The notes beneath the pieces are model-generated. The model worked only from the letters and a program-made list of their open reading frames with translations. It made no database searches and was not told the DNA's origin. Below are positions 1 through 9,900 of a DNA stretch of 64,000 nucleotides, piece by piece (positions within the stretch are counted from its first letter, which is position 1; every line of letters begins with the position of its first letter). Position numbers and translations under genes: made by a program. Source of the DNA: Leucoraja erinacea (taxonomy: Eukaryota); the NCBI RefSeq assembly GCF_028641065.1, contig NC_073401.1:22630001-22694000 (forward strand), read 5' to 3'.

Positions 1-966
1 TTAAGTAAGAGTCAAGAAAGAGCCAAGAATATTTTATTCTCACATGTTCCGAAACAGAACAATGAAACTCCTTCTTGCAATCAAAGCCATCAGCATTTTG
101 GGTCACATAAACTGCTCAACCATTAAATTAACTGTGCCAAGGTGCTGGCAACTTCACTCTCTATTAAATGATCAACGCTGTGATTGGTCTGCTGAAAAGA
201 CAGTAGGAATGGAATTTACCAAATGCAAAGTAAAAATTATTGTTTTTAGCAAATGACAACAGTTTATTCACCTTTCAATGCAGATTATAATTCAGTGACG
301 AGGAGAGTATTAAAATAATACGATTCAGAAACTTCACATTCCCAATATAAATTTTCTTTCACAAGAACATTGTCAGCACAAGAGATATCAAGTATCTCTT
401 CGGGTATGGAACATCCGCCATTGGAACTCAAAATGTGGAGATAGATGCAAGAACTAAAACTGAAATGAGTATTGGCACACTTCACTTTCTTCTTCGCGAG
501 AAAGAACAGAACCCAAACAACCCAATGATTAGCACAAACGTGCCATAAATCACTTGGACAGTAACACAGAGAGATTTCCATGTGACAGACGTGGCAGTCA
601 TTCTGTCCACCTTGAAGAGCAATCTCATTCTTCCATTATTTTGTTCCTGTAACTATTCTAATTAATTCCACTCCCCAAAATTCCCTCACACACCTAAAGA
701 CCGGGGAAATTTATAGTAACCAATTAGCCTACCAACTCATATCTTGAGGAGGGACCTCAAGTTGTCACAGGGGATTGTACAAATCCAAGTTCACAGCACA
801 GAGGTTAGGATTGAACCGGAGTGCGTTTTTTTACTGGATTTAATTCAATTTGCCACAGCACTGTGCTATCCTGATATGGATGGTAAATGATGACCTTGAT
901 GGTGAAATTAACATAGATGCAGCAGAACAACTGACTAACAATCCATGCAGAGGGATCTTTCCAATA

Positions 967-1955
967 CAGGTGCACAACCTTTTATCCGGAGTTCCGGAAA
1001 CCGAAAAACTCCGAAAACCGGCCATTTTTTCCAGGATGTCGTCTGCACACCAAAGCTCGCGTTTTGCGCCAAACTTGACCCCAAACGACCCACGGTCAAC
1101 CCAGGTCTGTACTACTGTAGCGGCTGCCTCCGCCCCGGAGACCGGGGAGACACTTAAACATCTGTAAAACATTGCTTAAATGTTAGTCAGTTAGTTTGGA
1201 GGGCTTTTATGTGAAGGGGGGGTTGAAGGGGTAAACTTTAATTCTTAGTCCCCTACCTGGTCGGAGAGACGGGGAGCGGTCAATGCCTTACCGGGTCGCC
1301 GTGCAGTAAGCTCCGCAGCGCTGTGTGGCCGGTGGGGCTGCGGGCGGCGCCGGTTGTAGCTCCGACCCCGGCAACTCTACCCCTGGCTGCGAGGCGCTCC
1401 AAATCCAGCACCGCTCGCGGCCGGACGCCCCCCCACCCCCGCAAATGTTGGGAGGCGGCGGCGTCGCAGCGCTGGGATACCAGCGGGAAGCTGGTCGCTG
1501 TGCGGTAAGCTCCAGGCCGCGGAGGCCGCCTTCTCCCAACATTCGCGGAGCTGGGGTGGGGGGCGTCCGACCGCGGGCGGCGCTGGATTTGGAGCGCCTC
1601 GCAGCCAGGGGTAGAGTTGCCAGGGTCGGAGCTCCAACCGGCGCCGCCCGCAGCCGGACGGAGCCCCCAGCTCCGCGATGTTGGGAGTCGCCGACCAGGT
1701 AGGGAACTAAGAATTAAAGTTTCCCCCTTCACCCCCACCCCACCACCACCACATAAAATCCCTCCAAACTAACTGACTAACATTTATGCAATGATTCCCC
1801 GGTCTCCGGGGAGGAGGCAGTCGCTCCAGACTTTTCAAGCCGCCCGCGCTACCTACCTAATCTACGCTAAAAATCTTCCATTCGGAAATACGGAAATGTC
1901 CGAAATCTGACAAGTGTCTGGTCCCAAGGCTTTCGGATAAAAGGTTGTGCACCTG
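967..1955. mobile_element. Non-autonomous Tc1/mariner-pogo-like foldback DNA transposon
   Basis: TIRs CAGGTGCACAACCTTTTATCCG and CGGATAAAAGGTTGTGCACCTG, flanked by TA at 965-966 and 1956-1957. Long GC-rich internal inverted repeats and no transposase. Confidence 0.88.
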
Positions 1956-2074
1956 TATATCCATCAAACAAAGTTTCAGAATGCTCAACATTAAAACTTG
2001 CTCAAAAATGGAATTTGCTGAGAATCACCAATATAATGATAGAATGAGGATGTGGATAAACTACAACCACTTAC

Positions 2075-2204
2075 TTTTCCCTCCCTTCTCTACATCCGAT
2101 CGATCACTGCCTGCAAACATTGAGACAGAATAGCAGCGGTACTGTGTGGAGAACCGGTTCCGAAATGCTTGCGGAATTGCCTGGTCAAACATATTGAAGG
2201 CGAA
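2075..2204 (-). CDS. UFD1: UFD1 coding exon 2 (ubiquitin recognition factor in ERAD 1); gene continues left of the window
   Basis: Translates FAFNMFDQAIPQAFRNRFSTQYRCYSVSMFAGSDRSDVEKGGK plus 1 nt, matching the UFD1 N-terminus. CAG acceptor at 2207-2205 and GTAAGT donor at 2074-2069. Confidence 0.96.
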
Positions 2205-2930
2205 CTGTATTAAAAAAAGAGAACAAGGAAAAGAATGTCTCAGAGGGTGTCTGTTAAACAAGGTGTCATACTGAGGAAATACAAGTTTAGTTTAGAGATA
2301 TACAGCGCAGAAATAAGTTTAATCTTCTGTGGGTTTGCTAAAGAGACTTTGAATAAGACTGCATTATTTTAAACTGTACGCTGTCAGGAGACTGCCTTGG
2401 TATTTTTACCAGTTTTCTTTTCTTGTAATATTGAATAAGCTCCAATAATGGAGTAATAGCCTTCACATCTTATTTCACTTCCTCCCTCAGCAAATTCTGA
2501 GCTACCTCAGGATGAGCAGGTGGTCCCACAATGACAGTAGCTCGCATATTATCACATATCAGGATGTCACATTCCTTTGGAATTAAAGATTAAAAAAGGT
2601 GAAAATAGAGTCATTCAAATATTTCCTTTGCCAACAGAAATGCAGGCCAAGCGAGTACAATTTAATCACTAAACAATTTACAACACAAAATAGAGGATTA
2701 TTTATCTGCAGACAAGGTGGAAGAAATGCCAAATTCTCATCCCCAAAGAACTATGGATGTTATGTCACCATAAAAGTTTAAAATGGGAGAATGACATATT
2801 AAATAATTTCTAACGTTATGTAAACTTATGTCCTTTTCAAGAAGATATCCGTCAGTGGCAAGACACCACTGCCCAAAGCAACAATTTAGGGAGGTGCAAT
2901 TTCAATTTAAAAAGGACTCCAAATACTATC

Positions 2931-3030
2931 GAAGATAGACACAAAAAGCTGGAGTAACTCAGAGGGACAGGCAGCGTCTCTGGAGAGAAGGAATGGGTGA
3001 CGTTTCGACTCGAGACTCTTCTTCAGACCT
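2931..3030 (-). mobile_element. Penelope-like terminal (pLTR) fragment with hammerhead-like core
   Basis: Minus strand ggtCTGAAGAAgagtctcgagtcGAAAcgTCaccc followed by the family tail seen throughout the window. Confidence 0.75.
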
Positions 3031-4078
3031 ATCAAGATGTTACCAAATACTATCAGCAGAGAGACAGATGTAATACTTCTGCTTGTTATTATATAAAGTA
3101 AATGATGAAAACACATAGTACATTAATTTTCAAATAAACTAACAGTGAAATTTCAGGGAATAATTCAAGCATGCACCATAATAAGCAAAAGCAAATAAAA
3201 CATCCATGCAATGAAAATTCTCCTACACGACACTTAACTCATATTTCTTACACTAATGAGCAACTTTAGAGTGAAAGCAGGCAAGTGGAACCAGTATAGA
3301 TGGTGCATCTTGGTCGGCATGGACAAGTTGGGCCAAAGAACCTGTCTTTGTGCTATATAGCTCTGTGACTGTCTCACCTGGAGGGACTGTTGGGATCCCT
3401 GGATGGATGTGAGGGAGCTGGTCTAGCAACAATTAGGAAAATGTCCCCATGCCACTTCGCAACAAACAGGTGACACAATTTACAGGAACATTTACAGTGG
3501 GTTTTCAGTAACTGGTGAGTTTAGAATAAGGGACGGCAGACAAGAACAAAATGGGTCAAATATTCTTCCCAATGCCTTTGTGACAACTATATTGAGTATC
3601 TCACTTGGTACACTGTTCAGTGAATGGATTTGTCCTGTATAACCCAGCTCACCGAGTCCATTTCCCAACCTCCACCATCCTACCTGTTGGCTGGTGAACA
3701 GAGGCTTGTTAATTTATCCAAAGCTGGTGTTTATATTTGCCAAGATTAAAAATGGCGGACAACGCACAAAACAAAACCTAGAAGAATTTTTAACTCGCAT
3801 TATACGAGATGGCAACAATAGTATTTTTTTTTTTAATCAGGCTATCGCCTGCTCGTTTGACACCACAGACTATTGCCTCAATTGTCAATAAAGATGACTT
3901 GTAATACTTTAATACGCCGTTTTTATCTGTTCACCGAGGAATGACTCGGATGCCGGTTCGGGATCTCTAACGTCCCACAGTGACTGTGCAGTCTCTTCAC
4001 ATAACAACTCATCCCATCCCATTCTTCCCTTTCCCCACACGATACCAAGTCCCACCTTGATCACCCCGGCCACCTTAC

Positions 4079-4081
4079 CAT
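4079..4081 (-). CDS. UFD1: UFD1 exon 1 coding part (ATG only)
   Basis: Minus strand reads GGAAAC-ATG|GTAAGG in a CpG-rich region and splices in frame to exon 2 (M-FAFNMF). Human UFD1 has the same ATG-only first exon. Confidence 0.88.
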
Positions 4082-4214
4082 GTTTCCTCAGCCCAGGCTC
4101 CGATGAGACGGTAGACGGGTCGCTGCTCGGTTTCCCTAACGGTGAATCCACAGATCTCCCGGACAGACGATGACCAGCTCTGCCCCGGAAGCACTACACG
4201 GCGGAGAGTGACCC

Positions 4215-4335
4215 CCATTGGCCAGCACCTACACCGCACGCCTATCATTGGCTGCTTCCAACCGACCAATCACATGGCGGAATCGGATAACATCTCGGTT
4301 TCCATTGGTCTGTTGAAAGCGCCATTGACCAATCA
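4215..4335 (-). promoter_or_regulatory. UFD1 proximal promoter: five CCAAT/NF-Y boxes and a YY1-like motif
   Basis: ATTGG at 4217, 4247 and 4304; CCAAT at 4266 and 4329; ACATGGCGG at 4272-4280. CpG-rich, 135-250 bp upstream of the ATG. Confidence 0.7.
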
Positions 4336-5584
4336 GGGGGTGCTAGCATCCATGAATAATTGACTAAACATTCATTTCTAATTATGTACAAATATGTTAT
4401 AGGATCTTTGATTATGTATAAGTCCTCTCTGACATCAGGGCATGGAGGAATTATGGAGATATTGTAGAAGTACTCAGAGTTGGGAACTCTTTGGTGCACT
4501 TGGGTGGTAAATGCAGCAGAGTGCATGTACATTATCAGTTAGTGCATCTATATGATGCTTGGGTTAAATGGTTGCAATTGGTTAATGGACACAATATCAG
4601 CAAATATGTAGTATTTATTAAAAGTATGCAATTACTATTTTTACTGGAAATAGTCTATTGAATGTTTATATGCCTTTAAGAACCAATGTGTTGTGGATAC
4701 TTGGTATCCATGTTTCTTGTCCTACTGTTTACTAAGTAAGTAAATAGTAAGGCAACAATAGGCCATCAAATAAAATGCTACCCACCTGTCCTCTGTACAT
4801 CTTATCCAGAGATACAATAAATTTATCAGCCTCATAAGCAGTACACCCATATTCTGTTTAAAAAAAATCTAATTATATATTTTAAATGAATTTGCCTCAA
4901 TAATGCCTCAATTTAACATAGATCTGTTACAAAATATACCATATTATATAGTCAGTCATTGTGAAGAGTTATCTAATCATTCATCGCCCCTTTAATTCTT
5001 CATGCGCTCCTTTGTTACCATCTCTCAAAGCAATACAAACACTTTAGGAATATTTACCTCATCATAAATCTTCACAATCATGAAAAACCTTTAAATTAGG
5101 TCATCACTGAGGTTTGAGTCATCTGGGAAATATAGTGAATTCCTTTGTGATCTCATCATGCTGAGTGCTGCAGCTATATACATTGACAGTATGTAGTCAA
5201 CAAAAACAAAAGTGAAAATCAATGTGCCAATTAAAAGCAAACTTAAATTATCAAATTGTTTTTGAGCAGGGTCACTAACTTGGGATATGTGTAGGTGCCT
5301 CCTTTCACAGGGATGATGTTATAAAAATTTACAAATTTTAAGGTTTTTCATTACGGATCTTTGTTCAATTGAGGCATTAATGAGGGTTAGCCCAAATTAG
5401 ATTATGAATTGTTCCTTAAACATTGGCGTTGTCCGTCATTATACAAAATGCTTGCATTATTTAAAAATATATATTGCATGCAAGGAAAGCAGGATCTAAT
5501 TATGCCGTCAGACCAGGAAAACGCTCAAACGTCCCCCCTCCCCTCAAAAACAAAACAGTATTCAGAATAAAAATATATACCATC

Positions 5585-6380
5585 TTCCTCATCCAGCTTT
5601 CTTCTCACCCCCTCCCTCCCCTCATCAGTCTGAAGAAAGGTATTGGCTCGAAATGTCACCTATCAACGTACCCCAGAGAAGCTGCCTAACCTGGTGACTC
5701 CAACGGGATCCCACTACTGGCCATATCTTTCCATCCCCACCCCTTTCTGCTTTCCGCAGTGACAGTTCCCTCCAAAGATCTTAGAGCTCTAAGATTTTTG
5801 GTCCCCTCCGCAACTTTCTGGTCAACTGGTCCCTTCCCACCCAAACCACCCCCTCCACAGGTACTTTCCCCTGCATCCGCAGGAAATGCAAAATGCAACA
5901 AAAGGTCTCTTTACCTCCCCCCTCTACTGTTCCAGGGATCACCTTCTGTACATCGTTTCACTGAACACCTCTGTTAAATCCACCTTAACCTACCCGATCT
6001 CCTGGTTGCTCAGCACTTTAACTCCCCCTCGCATTACAAATCTGACCTTTCTGTCCTGGGCCTCCTCCATTGTCAGATCATTGGAAAACAGCACATATTT
6101 CGCTTGGGTACCTTACACCCCAGTGGTATGAACATTGACTTCTCTAACTTCAAATAGCCCTTGTTCTCCCTCTCTCCCCTTCCCAGTTCTCCCACCAATC
6201 TCACTGTCTCCGACCACCATCTATCTCTGTCCCGCCCACTCTCCTGACATCAGTCTGAAGCAAAGATCTTCGCTATAAGATCTTTGGTCTGAAGGGTCTC
6301 GACCCGAAACGTCACCCATTCCTTCTCTCCAGAGATGCTGCCTGTCCCGCTGAGTTACGTCAACATTTTGTGTCTACCTG
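5585..6380 (+). mobile_element. Penelope-like element 3' remnant between UFD1 and CDC45
   Basis: Homologous to the 3' part of the 13400-15120 element; terminal segments at about 5630 and 6250-6380. Confidence 0.75.
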
Positions 6381-6554
6381 CTGACTTCATTGTATACAAA
6401 AGTTGTGCAAAAAAAACTCTATACAAATGTCCTATACATGAATTGGTGTCTTGCTCAGAAGCTCAAACTTGTGAAATAATTCTCCTTCAATGAGAAATGG
6501 ATTACACCCTTCTACAAAAGATGCAAGCAATATTGATACGTGTGCAATGACCAG

Positions 6555-6900
6555 CCAATCATATAGTTATCATTTGAGCATTAGATCCAATAAGAGAATA
6601 ATTTTCTGTCCAATGGAAATAGGGGGAGGACGCATGTGTGTGATTTCTATCCAATCAGAGCATGTACGGTCGACTGGCCATCCAATCAGAGCATGTACGG
6701 TCGACTGGCCATCCAATCAGAGCATGTACGGTCGACTGGCCATCCAATCAGTTAACCAGGTTGCCTTCGCCGACGTCTGCGCTCATATCCAATCAGCTCT
6801 GGTATTACTCGGGTTCTTTTGGCGCCAACTTCGAGCCTCCAAGTTCACAGAGCCGGCTGTTTTTTTTTGTTGTTGTTGTCGTCAATTCGGGGCGAAATAC
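6555..6900 (+). promoter_or_regulatory. CDC45 promoter: CCAAT array plus E2F sites
   Basis: CCAAT at 6555, 6587, 6610, 6651, 6682, 6713, 6744 and 6789. Palindromic E2F site TTTTGGCGCCAA at 6817-6828 and GGGGCGAAA at 6889-6897. ATG at 6926. Confidence 0.8.
6649..6751 (+). repeat. 31-bp perfect tandem repeat, 3.3 copies
   Basis: Unit ATCCAATCAGAGCATGTACGGTCGACTGGCC at 6649, 6680 and 6711, with a partial copy at 6742. Confidence 0.97.
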
Positions 6901-6925
6901 TGGTTGAAGTTAATTGTTGCGAACT

Positions 6926-6976
6926 ATGTTCGTGTCGGATATACGGAAAGAGTTCTACGACGTGCTATTAAACCAG
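6926..6976 (+). CDS. CDC45: CDC45 exon 1
   Basis: [17 protein letters not shown]|GTAAG. Confidence 0.95.
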
Positions 6977-9900
6977 GTAAGGAGTGAGGTAGACGTGAGT
7001 CGCATGACGGACCTTGTTGAAGTAAAGGCCCGGCGTTTGTTGAAGCTGCTCAAGAAGGAACTGCAGATGCTGGAAAATCGAAGGTAGACAAAATTGCTGG
7101 AGATACTCGGCGGGTGCAGCAGCATCTATGGAGCGAAGCTGGTTCACTTATTCGCTCTTGTAGTCGAGGGCTTTATCTTCGGCGTTGGGTAGCATGATCA
7201 GTACGTGTTGATTATTTACAATCATCAGCTATCACTCCTGGAAATGTGTTTTATATTGTTACAAATAACAAACACATTACACTTGGGAGACGTATGTAAG
7301 GAACTTCGAATTATATTCACATTTGTTTATAAAGATCAATAAAACAAGATCGAGTAGAAACATTGAAGCATGATTTTGCTCTAGATCTCGAGGTTATTCA
7401 GTCATTCATTGATGTTATGGCTAACTTTTTGTCTAATTTCAGTCATTGTTTTGGCTTCCAATATTTTAATGCACTTGAGTAAAACAAAGGTATCAATATC
7501 TGAGCCTTTTGTTACAACTCATTACTGCTGGCACCCTTTGGGTGAAGGGGTGTTCTCTAATTTCTCTGGAATGTTACTGATTTTAAGATTATGACCTCTT
7601 GTTAGTAGAAAATAGTCTTCATATCTAATTATTTGCAATAAAACACTCGATTAACCTTTGATTCCATCAAATACAGACATTGTTCACATAGCTCTTAGGT
7701 TACATTATATGTTTACAGCTGGTCTAATACAAAATCAAACCTATTTCCAAATTATATAATGACTTCAACTATTGGGTCATAGGCGTTGTGTCATTGGTTT
7801 GAGTCCAGGCAACACTATGGCATGGATTTAAATGCAACCACTGCTAAAATTGGAACAAGGCATTGTGTGCTACTGTCATATGTATTCAGCAGTACAATGA
7901 AATTAGCAGGATATAAGGGAACTTCAAAACTGCATGTTATTGCTGCTGAATCATTGTGTCATTTATGTAAATCTGGAATTGTACAAAAATAAAAGCTGTA
8001 TGATGTTTAGTTTTGCTGAAACTTGTGTCTTATTTTTCAGAGGGTGTTATTACTTGTGGCCTTCGATGTTGATGCACTTTGTACCTGCAAAATCCTTCAA
8101 GTGAGTGGTACCTTGTGTCACATTCATTGATTCCAATGGTTTAAAAAAAATAATTATTTGTTCCCTGTAGTGTCGTGATATGGCAGCTGGAGATGCTGAC
8201 CCAACCACATACCAAACTAGAGGGATTTGTTATGTGGTTCTGACAGGAGAAGTAAAATATATTGTCCTTTGGCTTGTCCTATTCTGTTACCTGCACTTAT
8301 TTCCTTTTTTTTTTTTTTCAGTGGGTATCATTTGCTTTGCAATGAGTCTGAATTCAGTTTCATAGAGTTTCATGATTGCTGCAAAGCAAAATAAGAAATT
8401 ATGTTAAAATTGTTGCTCCTGAGATGGTAAAGGAAAGCGAGGAGAGGAGCTCGCAAAATAGAATAGAATAAGTTTATTGTCATTGCACAAAACTGAGCAA
8501 TGAAATTCCATTTGCTTCTCCTCCGTTAAAAGAAATACAACACGACACCAATGCACATATGTACATTATGATCACCATTTTCGATGAAATTCTGGAATGT
8601 CATGCCTGACAGCATTTGTCCGTTTCCTTTCAGTCCCTGTTCCACTGTGACCATATACAGTATACATTGGTTCCTGTGGCAGGATGGCAAGATCTGGAGA
8701 CTTCATTCCTTGAGCACAAAGAACAGGTGGGTGACGTTCCACTCAATGTGTCTAGGAGCAAAGTAAAAGCTAGCACAGACTTGTGTATGTTTTCTTTATT
8801 ATTGTCACATGTACTGAGGTACAGCAAAATTATATTTGTTGTGTGCTGTCCAGGCAAAGAAAAGACTATATACATTGTTACAATCAAGTTGTCCACCATG
8901 TACAGATAAACGGTCCAACATTTAGTGCCAGATAAAGTCCGATTAAAGATAGTTCAAAGGTCTCTAATGAGGTATTTGGGAGGTCAGGTCTGCACTCCAG
9001 CTGGTGAGAGGACTAGTTTATTTATATTTTATCATGTGTACAAAGGTACAGTGTAAAACTGTTTAGTTTGGGTTGCGTGCTATCCAGTCAGCGGAAAGAC
9101 TATACATGATTACAATCGAGCTGCCCACAATGTTCAGATACAGGATAAAGTGAATAATTTTTAGTGCAAGATAAAGTCCTGGAGGCATGAATTTTCAAAC
9201 TTCTGTACCTCTTACCTGATGGGGAAAAGAGGGAGTGAGATGTTGATTATGCAGGTGGCCTTGCCAAGTCAGTGTGAAGTGTAGATGGAGTCCATGCAAG
9301 AGAGGTTAATTTGCGTGATAGTTTGGGCTACGTGTACAATTTCCTGTGGTCTTGGATGGAGCGGTTCCCATACCATGCTGTGATGCATCCTGATAAAATG
9401 TTTTCTGCAGCACACCTGTGGAAGTTTGGTTTATTGGCACATGTGCTGAGGTGCCCTTAAAAGCATTTTTGTTGCATGCTATCCAGCCCATCGAGTCTGC
9501 ACTGACCAGCGATCACTGCTCGCTTACACGATCTTTATTTTACATTTATACCCAGCCAATTAACCTACGAACCTGTATGTCTTTGGAGTGTGGGAGGAAA
9601 TCGAAGATCTCTGATAAAACCCACGCAGGTCACAGGGAGAATGTACAAACTCCGTACAGACAGCACTCATAGTCAGGATTTAACCTGGGTCTCTGGTGTT
9701 ATAAGGCAGTAGTTCTACCTCAACACCACTGTGCTGCCTTTCTTTGATAATTCTTTAGTAAAGTACGGTATTTTATGCAGGTGGGTGAAAGCTGGCAACA
9801 TGAATAAGCTGTGCGGTTATTTATGTTGTCCCTAAATCTGTATCTTTCCTATTTGCAGTTCAAGTATCATGTGCTAATCAATTGTGGTGCTAACTTGGAC

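Noticed and set aside
1-960. UFD1 exon 3 (IIMPPSALDQL-like)
   Set aside because: Not found on the minus strand, so it is presumably outside the window; the 285-581 ORF region looks like a decayed LINE remnant.
1280-1738. Overlapping GC-rich ORFs on both strands
   Set aside because: By-products of the palindromic GC-rich transposon; the same peptide appears on both strands and has no recognisable domain.
6649-6751. 31-bp repeats as a CRISPR array
   Set aside because: Units are contiguous with no spacers, the context is a eukaryotic promoter, and there are no cas genes.
6490-6987. 165-aa ORF overlapping CDC45 exon 1
   Set aside because: It runs through the promoter minisatellite, is out of frame with CDC45 and starts upstream of the likely TSS.
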